Origin: Eledone cirrhosa
Lineage: Eukaryota
Length of the DNA: 64,000 nucleotides
Assembly: GCA_964016885.1 (NCBI GenBank)
Contig: OZ024747.1
Location: forward strand, 20,212,001 to 20,276,000
Reading direction: 5' to 3'
The notes below the pieces were generated by a model. It made no database searches and was not told where the DNA came from. It saw nothing but the letters and a program-made list of their open reading frames with translations. A program made the position numbers and the translations under genes. Every line of letters starts with the position of its first letter. Positions within the stretch are counted from its first letter, which is position 1. Positions 41,916 to 57,796 of this stretch are shown in pieces.

Positions 41916-43940
41916 TATAATGATATGTATAAAGTTAGTATTTTGTTTATTTTGAAATTGTATTTGTTTCTCATTATTATTTGACATTTGTTTGTATAAT
42001 ATCATGTTTTAAAGTTTGATCTTATATTGATAAAGTTAATTAGAAACAACAATAAAAAAAATATATAAAATTATTTCCATTTCCAAAATGGAATGTTCTA
42101 GCAAAATTCCAAGAAAAAATGTTTTATTTAATTTCTACCATGTTCCATTATTCTAAGTAGATTAATTTCACTTGAACGTCAGGGGATACAATCTCAGCCT
42201 TATGGACTTTTCTGTTATCCATGTTCTTTTAATTGCAATCTCATCACATTTTGTTGTGTAAATATATGAGAGGAAGAACTTGTGTCCCCTCACACGATTT
42301 GTTTATATTGCTAGCATGTTGGTTAAGTGAATCGTTTGAAGCACGACATCTCAATTTCAGTTATATAAGTATGAATGAAGTTACACTTTGCAATTTTGTG
42401 TTTTTAAATTCTTACAATTCTTAAAAAAATGTTAAGAATTTTAAAGAATTTTTTATAAAAACTCAATGCGTCCTCATTGTAATTCACATTAATAATATAT
42501 AAATATGTATCATCCATTTCAGTAAATGTAATAATTGCATTTACTGATTCATTTACTGATTAAATTAAAAGAATACCGGATCATGCTTTGTTGCTGTACC
42601 TGAAAATAAACGATGATTACAATGATAAAAAAAAGGTAAAATATTATACTAATGATGCATGGGTGCATACATACATTTATATGCATGTATGAATTCCTCA
42701 ATCAAATCTGAACCCAGTACTGCCTACACCAATCAACAAAACTTAATCAATGCGCGCCTATAATGTATTTCAACATAAAAGCCACTTCAGCCCTCCAACA
42801 ACTACATACTCATTGGGCGGTCTCAATTTCAACTCATGGATTTTTATTACTACTGACATTTTACCACTGAGAAACTGTATTAAAAGGTGAATATTATTTT
42901 ATGGTAGTTACCTTTAATGCAGTGAAATTATATATAATGTTCTGAGGTGTGCACTAGACGCCATTATTTATTTAATGCTACATAAACTGTGTCTTTCATT
43001 TCTATTATTTCCTATTTTTCTTTTCTGACTATTATGAAAATTTATTCCACTGAGGTTTATAGCTTTCCGTCTCACACTATACATGTTAAATTTCTGACTT
43101 TGATATTTCTCTCCTGATCAAAGCTTTATCATATCCTTCTAATGTTATATTTAGAGGATGTCCTATTTCGCCAGAATTAAAATTCCCCCAATTAAACGGA
43201 GAGTCTTATGCACGCACTTCTTTAATTCGGCCAAAACTTGGGCGGGTATTATTTGTCTAAACATACTGTAACGTATAGCATTGTTGACGTCATATTGCCA
43301 GACAATTCTTTGTACATTATATGAGATATAATCACAGTGGATTTCAGTATTATCGTCAGACACATAAATCTATGATTGTGAGAATATAGTTTAATATTTC
43401 AAAATTACATCAATAATTATCTCAAGAGACAGCAGCTAAATGGTTAATAGCATTAAAATTATGCATATAGAGATTCCTAAGCCAACAAGTATCTCTATTT
43501 ATCTCTAACCTCTCTCGTTAAACATTACACACACAAATACAGTTTCCACAATGTAGATAACTACAATAACGATTTCGTAATCATACATAATAGTTGGATA
43601 ACATGGATAAAGGACTCCTGGAGACGGATAAAAGAAGACAGATGCCTGGAGGTAATTCAACTATGCATCTCACATATGCCAGCTAGGGTGTGTAACCATT
43701 ACCACAATGTTTCACTGGCCGCTAGGCACCATCCTTTTAGTAGATTTAAGATTGACACTAGCAGTGTAAACAAGACTTGACTCACTTGCGAAGCATTGAT
43801 GTTTTAATTAACTGGAGCTTAAGCATAGAATTATTAATTTATAGAATGTTTAGAGTTGGACAGGTTTGGGACTAAAAGCAATCAAGCGCCAGTGCAACAC
43901 ACACACACGCTTACAAACACACACACACACACACACACAT

Positions 43941-43971
<31 letters not shown>

Positions 43972-45599
43972 TACACGCTCTCTCTCTCACACACACATAC
44001 ATACGCACACACAAGTTCCCCCGAAAACGCATAATGTATCCAGAAACGTTACCACCAGGTTCTCCTCCATTTTTGCTGATATAGCAGTAACATATTCACA
44101 GCTGTATAAAAATAAATCTGATAGTGGGTTTAAAAGGATGTTTAATATGATTCCATACACAACCCTATTACGGACCACGCTATGTCAATGCTACTACTAC
44201 AGCATATAAACATATATAAGCGACTCTGCATTCTCCGTTTATCACATTCTTCTCAGAAACATTGGTCAGCGACAGTGCATCTCCCTTACCATCCTCCGAG
44301 GAACGCCCTCTCCTCTCTGTCCGCCAGGGCTGTGGGGAGGCCAGCACGTGGGACCCTATTTGCTCACCATACAGAGAGATGAGGAGGGCAAGAGAGATGG
44401 AGGCGATGACAGTGGTAGTTCGGCCCTTCTACGTTCGGATCATATCCTTGTGGTTGTGTTCATTATCTATAGATAACTATATAACATTTCTGTATTATAT
44501 TTTGGTTTAATAACTTCATGTAGGGCTGTTTTAGCGACAGGATATTGTATGAGGTGCAGCACAGAGTGCAGTGGGACTGATCATTGAACCACGGGATTAT
44601 GAAGCAAACGCATTAGCCACACAGCCATAATGCGCACATTGAATCATGTATAGATATATATTTTATGCAAGTTTATGTTTACGTCAAGCCATATTTTGAT
44701 GTGTAAATTAATCTTTATATTGGATTCGTTTCGATATTTATGTTATGGCAAATGGGTAATTATTATAAATACTGGTTTGTGTCACCTATGGCCATCATTT
44801 ATCATTGTCATCATATTACAAACTCTTGATCGTCATATAAAGTTTTCATCATCTCAACCGCTATTATCTTCATCATGATCATCATCATCATCATCATCAT
44901 TGTCTTGTTTTTCCCCTCATTGTCATCATCATTATCACCATATATATGCTGTTTCATAATTTTCATTAATTCGACCGAATACTATATTTAATATTCTGAT
45001 CATCATTATTGTATAAAAAATATTATTTGCATACTGACATACCAGTGCCGAAGAGGCAGAATCGTAAGGCCGCAAGGCCTGCGATTTTGTTTTTCTTTAC
45101 TGCTATTTGTTGCCTCAACTAAATCGGTGGTGTGTCTAAACTGTTACCGGGCTTAAATCTCCCACATAGCTTTCGTGTCATTAATAGTTTACACTCTGCT
45201 GCAAACCACCGGTCAGATCTCATTCGCTAGAAGGTAAATATAAATTATTTATACAATTATACCATACGTGCAGACCATTTATCGAAATGAAATATTTATG
45301 CTTGATATTTGAAGATCGAAAAAACAATATCCCAAATAAAAAGCGTTAATATCAATATTATCTGTCTTTTCTTTTGCACAGTGAGTGCTGCGCATACCTG
45401 GGTATTGATGTATTTACACAGTTTCTGTAAACATGTATAGGGCAACCAAGTAATAATATATTAGATGTTTTAAAATGTTGTCCTCTTTTCTCACAATTAT
45501 TTTGTATAGTTCTGATACCAATGTTTGGCACTCTTTACTAGTGTATAAATCGATATTGCTCCATTAATATAAAACCACACAAATATTTGTTATTGACTG

Positions 45600-47280
45600 G
45601 ATATGTCTACAGAAATGGTGTCAATGAAAGGCTTTATATCAGAAGAAGGAAAAAGTAAGCATTCATCAATATGCTTAAGAACATTTCAAATACTCGGAGA
45701 ATGTTGTATGGTAACACTCAGATATCCTCTACCACAAGCTTGATAACGACATGAAATCAGCAACCTCAAAAATATGATTAAACCAAAGAGAGTATTATCT
45801 TAATAGTAGTAAGGGAATTCCGCAAGAGGCACTCTGTTTCGCATTAAATTCCATACAACCAGAACACATTTGAGCAGCCTTAACTCAACAGAGTACCATC
45901 ATGTTATGCATTAATGAATCTTCCGGGAAAGTGATATGAATGACAGGAGGCTATATCATTATATTTCGTCAATATTCAAAAGGTATGATTTGCATTCCAA
46001 GAATACGACATAGTTATTATAATACAAAGAGCAGACGCAATAACAAATGTCCTGAAACCCCAAGATAAGATGCTTAACAAACACAAAAGTCGTGGTATTT
46101 TATTAAATAATTTAGACTCGTAGCTGAAGGCATGCTTGGTACCATGTTTCGATTACGTATTTGCTATTCTTTAATAGGCTCTTCTATAGACGACATTATT
46201 TATACAATTAGTTAGGAATCCATATTTGACAATGATAATGAGCATAAATGCCAATTTGTGTTTACAGGGTGTTTAGAAGGCGTAACATATGTGTTTAGGA
46301 TTTGTCCTGAAGGTCGCAGGAGGCATGAATGTTATACTGAAATAAGACAAAATCTAAAACCGATTAACCCAGAGAATGACAATTCCTGACTTTGAGAATT
46401 TCCTTTCATTCCAACATGTCAAATATTGATTAAATGTAGCGAAGTAGAGTTCAACGTCTTAGCAGATGTGGATGTTGTGCTTTCAAAATCAACATCCTGT
46501 AAACACAAATTGGCCTTTATGCTCATTATCATTGTCAATTATGGATTCCTTACTAATTGTATAAATAGTACCTTCTATAGAAGAGCCCATTGAATAATAG
46601 CAAATACGTAATCGAATAAGTCACCAAGCATGCCTTCAGCTACGAGTCTAAATTCTTTAATAAAATACCACGACTTTTTTACTTTATTTGCCCTGTGCTC
46701 TGACATAGAATTTTCTACGAGGTAATATGTCAGTCTTTTAAGTCATGAATAGAATATCTGTTTTTATCTCGTAATGTGTTTCAAATAGGAGCCAGACCAA
46801 AATCAAATCAAAGATTACAATATGAAATTAAGAACATATGTATTAGAAAATGTAATGCCACTAAAATGATGGATTGTGTAACGAAGATATAATCGACCAG
46901 ATTCAACTTGTAAAGACACCAAGTTGAAACAACTCAGCATTCTAAAGGTTAAACACATCAATGTTTATCCAGCATCAAAAACTCTTTTGATTCATGATGT
47001 TGTTGGATTAATGTGTCGAAAACTGAGATTAGTTCAGGTAAAAACGTAAATATGTAAGAATATTTTGATTTAGGAATAGCAGAAACTATTCACTAACCAA
47101 TATTCCTGCCATTTTTGACAATACATGTCATAACCAGGAAAATAAAAATTCTCAAAGAAAAATGTAAGCACATATAAAAATATCGAGATATCTCTAGGAA
47201 AAAATAAACTGCTCAACCATTTCAAAGATAATGCTGAACCGTTAACAAGATAATATTGGTTGGTTACTCATACAAAACAA
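45600..47280 (+). mobile_element. Possible very old RLE-type LINE remnant interrupted by a fold-back element
   Basis: GIPQEALCFALN near 45813 resembles the RT 'GI.QGD...F.LALN'; VETTQH...IHDVV near 46920-47000 resembles the knuckle/RHD region. Confidence 0.25.
46085..46678. mobile_element. Fold-back/MITE-like element, arms about 190 bp
   Basis: aaaagtcgtggtattttattaaa...tttgtgtttacagggtgtt (46085-46272) is the reverse complement of aacatcctgtaaacacaaa...tttaataaaataccacgactttt (46491-46678). Confidence 0.8.
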
Positions 47281-47387
47281 AATCACATTAAAGAGAATAC
47301 ATATAATACATTAACTAAAGCTCAACGAACTCATTAAAAGAAATCGCGGCATACTATATATATGTATATATATATATATATATATAT

Positions 47388-47453
47388 CAACAAATATCAT
47401 ATATATTTATATGTATATAATCATATATATATATATATATATAAACACACAAA

Positions 47454-47501
<48 letters not shown>

Positions 47502-47563
47502 ACAAATATCATATATATTTATATGTATATAATCATATATATATATATATATAAACACACAAA

Positions 47564-47600
<37 letters not shown>
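47388..47600. repeat. Tandem duplication (about 112 bp) of a compound microsatellite unit
   Basis: caacaaatatcatatatatttatatgtatataatc...aaacacacaaaacacacacac at 47388 and 47500. Confidence 0.85.
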
Positions 47601-47602
<2 letters not shown>

Positions 47603-48343
47603 CTATACACACACATTACATATATATATACATGTGTGTGTGTCTCTATGAATGTATATATATGTGTATGTGATATTGAAAAATCATTTCATTAAATTCA
47701 TGGCATTATGTGTTTCTATGCTCGATTATGCTGTTTGTTATTATGTGCTATAAGAGTGTGTAATTCTGCGTTTAAGCATGAGTGTGTGTATCCTTGTATG
47801 AATGTGTGTTTATGTGTGGAGGATTCATTGTGCATGTGTACGCAATGAATTCCATGTCTGTGATTATGCACTCCTCATCACCAACGCCGTCATTGAAGTT
47901 TGCGGCATTTTAAAGTATAAATATATATTTCCTAGATTACAATTTTTAATATCTTTATCCGAATATTGTTAGTTATATGAAAGTTTGCAACGAAGATACA
48001 AAGACGAGAAAGCAATGTAATCTATATGTTTGTCGTGAAATAGCAAATATTTTCAAATATATTATTATCCGCCATTGCTACAATCTTCTAATGAAGTACT
48101 AGCTTGGTTCTCAAAGACATGTTACATACATTGCTCAATCTAACAAAATGATACACAGCTTTGCAGATATAATTTGTAGATATTACTTTTCTTTCATAAG
48201 GTTCGTTTATGTCTAAATCTGTAAACGTGGAGGTGTATCGTTAGTGTATGTCTTTGGCTCTTTCTTTGAACACTAAATATGGAGTTAATGAATGTATACA
48301 CCCACCAACCCACCCACTCACCCCCTCGCCCTCTCTCACACAC

Positions 48344-48391
<48 letters not shown>

Positions 48392-49269
48392 CTGTATAAC
48401 ATGTATATATACATATTAATGTGTTTATTTTAAAGGTGTTTTCGCTTTGTGTAAGTGTGTTGTTTCTACGCTTCAGGAACGTCAGCAGCCATCCGACCAA
48501 TCAACCACATAACTCTTTCAAACAACCAATCTAGCTAAGAACCCCCACCTTTCCCTGGTCAATTAATACCTGTGCAGATAACATTACCTTCTATTTATAG
48601 AACTATAATAGAAGTTGATCTTTCGTCTGGAAGAAACCTGATGTGTTCAGACCAGGAAAATAGATGTCCTCTGCCTGCTTTAAATGTCAAAGATACGTCC
48701 TATGTCACGCCGTTACCCCTGCGACGCAATCAGAAATTATGAGTCTATAGATACATTAAATCATACACACATACATATATTCATACATAAATACATACAT
48801 ACATACATACATACATACATGATGACTGCCCCCTCGTTATATTATTAATAATTATTAATTAATTCTATCATGAAATGCCTGTGCATGCAGATTTTTTTTA
48901 AAGTGAGGAAAGACTGTGCATTGAGCCAATCCCACTCTCTGAGCGACAGTAGCTATAGCTCGAAAAGAAGGAAAGATCAGGATCATCGGTATCAACTGAG
49001 CCACAGGTTTTATGACATACTTATCCCAGTTTCCTGAGTTGCCTTCTCTTCGAAGAATGTCCTGACAAATGCTAGGGGTCCTTCACTCCCAGTGGTTTAA
49101 TGGTGCAATCGGGTATCCAGCGCGGCTATTTCTATATCCCCGCGCATATACATACACATGCACACATGCATATTTACATGTGTATATACATATTTACACA
49201 TTTTTGGATGGCCGTTGACTCTTATGAGTTCTTCCGCCCATACATACATACATCCATACACACATACAT

Positions 49270-49797
49270 AATGATATGGGACAGGGAAAAGAAGGCATGC
49301 GCAGTAGTGGAAGTCAGCTGCCCAGCAGATGCCAATATAATATTAAGGATTAGCTAAAAGGAGAATATCTATGCAGAACTAATGAGGAATCTGCAAATAC
49401 TCCAACCAGACTATGCCTTCAGATTTATACCTGTGATTATTGGGGCTCTGGGATATGTTACTAACTGTCTTAGTACAAATATTGAGAAGCTAGACTTCAC
49501 AGAAACAGAAACAACACGACTAGTTAGGAAATTACAAGTACAATCCAGTAAAGATATGTAAAACATTCCAACAATTTTGCATCTAATAACTGCATATACA
49601 CAAAGCGTATGCACATGCGCACATACAACTCAAAACGTACACCTCCACACATAATATAACATCCATACCTACACACACACATGCATATATATCTACCTAG
49701 TTGATGTGTAAATTCCAATGAGAGGGTTTGTATCTATGTTAAAAACTGAATCTCTCTCCATTGGCAAAAATGTGTGATATGATAAAACCAGAAGAAC
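49270..49797 (+). mobile_element. R4/Dong-clade 3' fragment, older and more diverged copy
   Basis: IMIWDREKK..VEVSCPADANI; same 3' UTR ending ccagaagaac, followed by (CATA)n. Confidence 0.85.
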
Positions 49798-49887
49798 ACA
49801 CATACATACATACATACATACATACATACATACATACATACATACATACATACATACATACATACATACATACATACATACATACAT

Positions 49888-51820
49888 AAAATAAAATAAA
49901 ACAAAATAAAATATTGCAGGGGTATATTTCAGGGGGACAGTCTCTGTGTGATATTGTTCATCTTGTCATTAAGCCCCTTGTCCTTTCTGCTCAAGAAATG
50001 TGAGGGATACATCATTGGCTCACAGGAGGACAGAAATACAAACCTAACCCATAACTTCTTTGTGGACGATCTGAAACTCTATGCCAAGAACATGGATGGG
50101 ATGAAGAAAAATCTTGACCCGGTTACACCGTTCTCAAAGCATATAGGAATGGAGTTTGGCCAAGATAAATGCTCATACATGACTGTAAAGCGGGGAAAAA
50201 CAACAACCCAATCTAGCAACATTGTCATCAATGGTCTAACTGTTTCACCGATATCTGATGAGGACTGCTACAGATACCTGGGGATAGATGAGAACATATC
50301 CTATAATGGTATCTGTAATAAAGAACGCGAAACCAGGGAATACTACACCCAATTAAGAAAGATATGGTCATCGGAACTCTCTGCGCAAAACAAAACAGTG
50401 GCTCACAATGTGTTTGCTGTGCCTGTCATAACACCAACGTTTGGAAACTCAATTGGACGATAGACGAAATCCGAGCAGTTGATGTTGGAACTCGAAAAAT
50501 ACTGAACAACGCCGGAAACTTCCACATCAACAGTGACATAGGCCGCCTTTACTTGAAACGTAAGCAGGGAGACATCAGTCCAGACAACATTTGAATGTCG
50601 CATCATATCTCTCGGACAACATCTACGAACCTCGAAGTCTATCTGCATGAAACAGATAAGATCATGAGAGTTGGGAAGGAACTCTTTGAGAGATATTCCT
50701 GTGTGATAATCAAAAACTCACACCCAGGGATATCGCTCAGCAGTATCGCAGTGAATCCACGGATGAAAAACTGCATGCCTATCAGCAAATAATCATGCAT
50801 GGATATGTTGCCAGGAAGCTCCAGAGTGAGAGTAATATAGATAAGGAAAGTAGTCTATCTTGGACCAACAACCGCTATATTGGCTCCCACTTTGAAGGAT
50901 ACGCTTTTGCAATCCAAGAACAGGAGATTAGCAGGAAATACCTGATTCACAAAAGAGATAGGTGCAGGCAAAACACCTAGATATGATAACAAGTGCAGAC
51001 TCTGCAGAACTAGCATCGAGGATATCACCCATCTCATCAGCAGCTGCCCAAAGATGTCATCGCGGTACTATCTACCTATGAGGCATGATGTAGTGGCCAA
51101 AACACTGTACAATGCAGTTCGTAAAAAGGATAGCCCCGATAATAAACACATTAAAAGCTACAACAATGTCGAAGACATCCATGTACATAATATGAAAGAG
51201 TACTGGTGGAATGTTCCAGTAAAAACCCCAATAAAATGCAGGCATAACAGACCAGATATTATGATATGGGACAGGGAGAAGAAAACATGCACATTAGTGG
51301 AAATTAGCTGCCCAGCAGATGCCAATATAATATCAAAGATTAGTGAAAAGGAGAATATTTATGCAGAACTGATGAGAAATCTGCAGATACTCCACCCTGA
51401 TTACACCTTCAGATTTATGCCTGTGATTATTGGGGCTCTGGGATATGTTAGTAACTGCCTCAATACAAATCTTGAGAAGCTAGGCTTCACAGGAACAGAA
51501 AGAACACAACTAGTTAGGAAATTACAAGTACAATCCATTAATGCAACAGTAAAAATATGTAAAACATTCCAAAACTTTTGCATCTACTAACTGCATATAC
51601 ACATGTACAGATACAAAGCATATACACATGCACACATACAACTCAAAACATACACATCCACACATACAATAACATCCATATCTACACATGCATGCAGACA
51701 TGCATACATATCTACCTAGTTGATGTCGTGTAACTTCCAATGAGAGAGTCTTGTGTCTATGTTAGAAACCGACTCTCTCTCTATTGGGAAAACTTTGTGA
51801 AATTATAAAACCAGAAGAAC
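49888..51820 (+). mobile_element. 5'-truncated R4/Dong-clade retrotransposon, close relative of 20729-22782
   Basis: ORF pieces 49948-50463 (FVDDLKLY, YRYLG), 50795-50980 and 51054-51590 (RHD, RPD, VEISCP). (CATA)n on both sides. Confidence 0.92.
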
Positions 51821-54032
51821 ATACATACATACATGTTTCTTATACCATTCTGCCCGTCAGTCTGATTCATTTTCATTCAGAAATAACTATAGCGCTCCAA
51901 CATGAGAGGATATTCTCGCCAGTAGTCATAGCCTCAATCTATAGAAATATAGAAAGCTACAATGAGAGAATACCAAATTCCCAGAATAGAACAGAAGATA
52001 ACCTACGGAAATCTTCCAAGCACAGAACTTTGCACAGGATATTATAATACAGAAATTATAAACTTCATTGTATATATGAAGGTATTTATGCACTCATACA
52101 CACAAACACCCATACATGCGCTTGCCTTCATATATATATCAGTCAATCACTATAAATAATATTTGAGAAAATCGTGTGAAATATCCATGAAGCTCGGAAT
52201 CGTAGTGGTGGTTACTTTCAGATGAGGTCACAAGAATCGATGAAATGCTGGCATAAGAATAATCTGTTAAAATGTTCTGTTACGGGAGTTGAAATTGCTT
52301 TCACTTCACAGTTCATTCCTTTCAGAGATAAGGTTTCTAATTGAAATACACTAGCTTTATCTGCATTACGTTAACTCTTAGATTTCATATATCTACACAT
52401 TAGATGTCCAGATACCTGATCTAGCTTTCCAGTTCATCTTTATCTCAAGGCTAGAAACATTTTAACATACTTTCTCTTATTTGGGGACTTATCGACACCC
52501 AAATTACTGGATATCCCCAGAGCCAGTATTTTCCATCCATTCATGCTATCTCTTCTTTGCTGTGTAGCATCTTTTACTTTATAATAGGGACTACCTCCAG
52601 CGGAGAGAGGTGTCAGGCCCTTCTAAATTGGAAGTTTCTGGGTTTGTGAATTCAAAAGCAGGATAAATTTATTCAGAGTAATTGGGATGTTTTATAAATG
52701 AAATATATTTAATTTCTTTTTATTTATTTATCAATCTACGTAATATTCAAATTGTCACTTTCCTTCTACATGTACTCAAGTTTTAGGGGACTGTTTTGAT
52801 GCTTTGCCTGTCGTAAAAACACTGAAATAATTAGTGTGGATGAGCTTAGCATTCCATTGCTCATAGAGGTGGGACTAATATCTGTGGTGGAATTATATAT
52901 CGATATGGCCAGATCCCTAATTCCAGGTGTCTATAGTGATAGTCATGTTCACTAAATACAGGTCGCTACGCTGACCACAATACGTTGGAGCTGAAAATGA
53001 AGCGGGATATAGTGAGAGTCAATATCCATTCCTTTTTAAAGCCCTTCAGAAACTCCTCCTGTGTCTATGGGAAAAGCCTGATAGACTTACTCTTTGTCAT
53101 TGGACTATCACACGGGAGACACCATTTTCAGAAGCTCTACCTCTCCTTATTACAGATTAGATGATCCGGAGACGAATAAGGATGGGGTCGCTGCACCTGT
53201 CTCCGAAAGAAATAAAATACCGAGATATTATGATTTATCGGTAAATTACGTTTTCAAGCTTGTAACATCGAAACGTAATTTATTAGTCAAGCTGTGCCGC
53301 TCACAACTAGCTTTCTGTCATTATTGGAAATTCATTATACTGAAGTATCAGTAGAGGTTCGTCAGCCTCCTTGGCTATGCTAACACATTAGACTCTGAAT
53401 CACACACGGCAACAATACGAATACCTTGGGATATCTAAATTAGATGTATATAAACATATATATTTCATTTTATATGAAGGGATGTAATATGAAAATAGAG
53501 AAAGGTATTGCGGGCATGAGTATCCAGTTTTCTTCTTGATGTGGTATACCGCGATTGCAAGGACATTCGTTTGTAGATTACGACATTCAATGGTAGAAAT
53601 GTATTAAGATGTGTATGTGTATTAAAACAAATATAAACATAGATTCTGTTATAATATATTCATTCAAAAGAACCATCATTCTTATCCAACAACTTGCGAA
53701 CAAATTCGGTGTAATATTTACCTAGCATCGTAGAATATCAATTCTAGTTGTCAACTAAATATATGCTGCTTGAGATGGGAATGGACATCAAAACAAATAT
53801 GGTTGACCTACCAGAACAAACTATGTAAAGCAAAACAACATTTAGCTTAAATTTCATATTTATAGGTTAGGATCTACGTCTCAAAAGAAAAAAGTTGAAC
53901 GTGGTATTATCAACCCATATATTACTGAATATCGAAAAATTATGATTAAATTTCTCATTCTACCTTCCAAAATGTCGTAAATATTCCAGTCAAATCTAGT
54001 ATATATAAATATAGAAATATATATATATATAT

Positions 54033-54232
54033 AAGGAAGGAAATGTGGTAAGGAACCAGGTGGACCAAAGTACTTAATACTTAGGGTAGTAGAGTGGGTA
54101 ATAGGAACGAGTAGGACCCCGACGGCTGAGCTTAAGCCGTTTCGACGGATAATTCTGGACGCAGAAGTCTGAGTCCAGAATTAGCCGTCGAAACGCCTTG
54201 AGCTCAGCCGTCGGGGTCCTACTCGTTCCTAT
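54033..54232 (-). mobile_element. Fold-back PLE-like element (family C)
   Basis: aaggaaggaaatgtggtaaggaacc...; hairpin of about 65-bp arms ending ctcgttccta-(TA)n. Confidence 0.8.
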
Positions 54233-54349
54233 ATATATATATATATTCCTGCTGACAACATCAAAGTATTCCTAACAAGCTCATATGTCCCAAGGCTCTG
54301 ATACCATCAACACTATACACACAGAGCTGGCATATCTAAGAACTGACTA

Positions 54350-54405
54350 ACTGCCTGATGGGGTCATAGCAATTCAATGGCTATCATCGAAATATATATA
54401 GAAGT
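54350..54405 (+). ncRNA. Hammerhead motif (C.C stem-II subtype), core-mutated
   Basis: actgc-CTGATGG-ggtcatagcaa ttcaa tggctatcatc-GAAA-tatata-TA-gaagt; related to the 13324 copy; AATAAA follows. Confidence 0.7.
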
Positions 54406-54450
54406 AAATAAAGGATTATGAGTTCATGCAATTGACTTATGTTTTGTCAC

Positions 54451-54485
<35 letters not shown>

Positions 54486-54486
<1 letters not shown>

Positions 54487-55043
54487 AATGGAATAGAATG
54501 AAACGAAATTTCATTTCTCACTCTTAGTACGGCACTTACTTAAATGTAAGTATGTATGTATACGTACATACATATATGTATACAGACGTACAGTAGCATG
54601 TATATATATATACATACAGGCACACATATATATATATATGCACGTATCAGTTTACCGAACATTTATTATAATGTACGGTTTGTTCGTTTGTAAACAAACA
54701 AACAGCCTGAATTACGCCGTACAGTGTTTAGGCAACCACGTCACCTTTTTGTTCAACACTGACACAGGAACGATGTACTAGTTTCAAGCTTATTAGCTAT
54801 CGTCAGCACCGTATACCTTTCTGCCAGATGGCTGAACGTCCGAAAGTATATACTTTCCTTATGAAAATTAACGGCTGAGCAGCCTAATTTGCATATCGAG
54901 TGAGTTCAGTCGGCCAGGCGCACCGAAAACGATAAATGGAATAGAATATATTCCATTTATATATGTGTGCCTGTATGTATATATATATACATGCTACTGT
55001 ACGTCTGTATACATATATGTATGTACGTATACATACATACTTA
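54486..55043. mobile_element. PLE pseudo-LTR family A with short inverted arm
   Basis: 54486-54878 is homologous to 15302-15634; 54967-55043 is the reverse complement of about 54547-54625. Confidence 0.78.
54771..54811 (-). ncRNA. Minimal type-I hammerhead ribozyme (family A, intact)
   Basis: Reverse complement cggtg-CTGACGA-tagct aata agctt-GAAA-ctag-TA-catcg. 5-bp stem I, palindromic ACTAGT, U.U at the base of stem II. Confidence 0.78.
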
Positions 55044-55297
55044 TATATATATATATATGTGTGTGTACATATATATTTATAAGATTAAACATTTGTCCAA
55101 TTACAATTTGTCCAAGCAGTTGTTTGTGAGTAAATTAGTGTGTAAAGATAGACTAACGTACGCCCTAATTTACACAAATAATAATTGTATATATGTATTA
55201 ACAGTTAGACACGTGTGTAAACCCGCTATATATACAAACATGCTTGAGATACATCAAGGCATTATATATATGTATATATATATGTATGTATGTATAT

Positions 55298-55514
<217 letters not shown>

Positions 55515-55532
55515 CATAATATATATATATAT

Positions 55533-55589
<57 letters not shown>

Positions 55590-56014
55590 TTTATATATAT
55601 GTGACTTACGCATGTGCGTTTATTATGTTCGACGTCACTCGCAAAGTTGGTTACATAACAGAATTACCTGTTGATAACGTGATATTCCTTGTTCGATCTT
55701 TATGCTGAAAGATTATAGTTTTAAGCAGTCAGTATTAATGATTTAGGTGTCTTAGAAACCCTGCATTTGGATTTTACCACCAGTTCCATTTGGATCCAGG
55801 TTTTTATCATTTATTTTGTTTGACCTGTTTAGCTTCATTTGTTTTTTGGCTTAGGTGGTTAATGCCTTCTTAACCACTTTCAGTTTGTATGGCGTTTTAA
55901 CATATTGTTTAGCTCTGGTTTTTTTAACTATTGAGCGCTTGCCAGCATTTCTACGATTTTGCGTTTCGTTTCGCTTTTTCTACCAGCCGAAATACGATTC
56001 GCGCTGAATTATAT

Positions 56015-56110
<96 letters not shown>

Positions 56111-56126
56111 ATATATATATATATAT

Positions 56127-56202
<76 letters not shown>

Positions 56203-56203
56203 T

Positions 56204-56549
<346 letters not shown>

Positions 56550-56551
56550 TA

Positions 56552-56588
<37 letters not shown>

Positions 56589-57796
56589 GTGGATATAGCA
56601 AGTATGTGCATATGTGCATATGTGCATATGTGCATATGTATATATGCGTTTGTGTGTTTTGTACAGTTACATGGATGGATTGATAGATAGGTACACGGTT
56701 AATCTGATGGATACATTGCTTGCTAGGTAGACGTATAGGATGACATACATAGAAATTATAAACCAATGAGATGCACAGACAAAAAGTCCATTAGGTAGCG
56801 TGTATTGAGTAAATAGATTTATATCAATGCACTTAGATGGTAAATAAACAGCTCTTGAAATGGAAATGGTGTTTGCATTGGCATTATCATCCCCTCTCCC
56901 TCCTTTCATCCTAATCCTTGTCATCATCCTCATGATGCTCATGATGATGATGATCATGAGCATCATTATCATCATTATCTTCATCCCTTTCGTCATAATC
57001 ATCATCATCACCACCGCCATGATCTAACTGCCTTCGTCGTTTCGTCCATGTTTTTTATACCAATAACTACTTCACTCTTACAACAACAGTAACTTATCGT
57101 TTAACTGCAATCATTGCTGCAACCTGAAACACTACACAACGTCATAAGCTACCTTATACTTCTATGCTTCACAATGATGTATGTCGGCTCCTTCGGGCGT
57201 ATTCAACATCCGGTTTTATTTCTTGTTCCTTGTCTTACTGCATTATGGATAATTCCCCATGAATGACTGTAGTATATTTGATAACAAACACACTTTTTTC
57301 TACCTTTTCATTAATTTGCTCTCGGAGAAGTACTGCAACTTTTGCTCATCAGTTTGTCTGCAGTCCCTCAACAATTTCTCATGTGCCCATCTATTGATTA
57401 TTATTGGAGGTGTGTTGTTTGATCTTGGTGTGATGCATGATGACGGTGGTGGAACACATTCCATAGAGCCCAAAACTATACCGGAAAGGGGTGTTAGGTA
57501 CGATATTTAAAGCAGAACTATGTAGATGGTCGTAATAGAAGTGATGATATCAAGAAAGACGAGCAAGCCTTTAGTGCCTATGAGCAGATGAAAGCAGACT
57601 TACTGTAGATGCCACTGTAGTAGAAACAAAAAGAAAGGCAAAGCAGAGAGAGACGTCTACAGCCAATCAGGCCAATATTTGTGAATTACTGTGGGCGATA
57701 CTCTTCCATGCAAGCCTGTAGTTATTTTGCTGAGGGCTAAGACGGGGATAGCTGTTATGTGTATCATACATGGAGTCATTATTAATAAAGTACCAG

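Noticed and set aside
52150-53450. Complex unique-looking stretch, possible exon or old retroelement
   Set aside because: No recognisable motif or sustained ORF on either strand.
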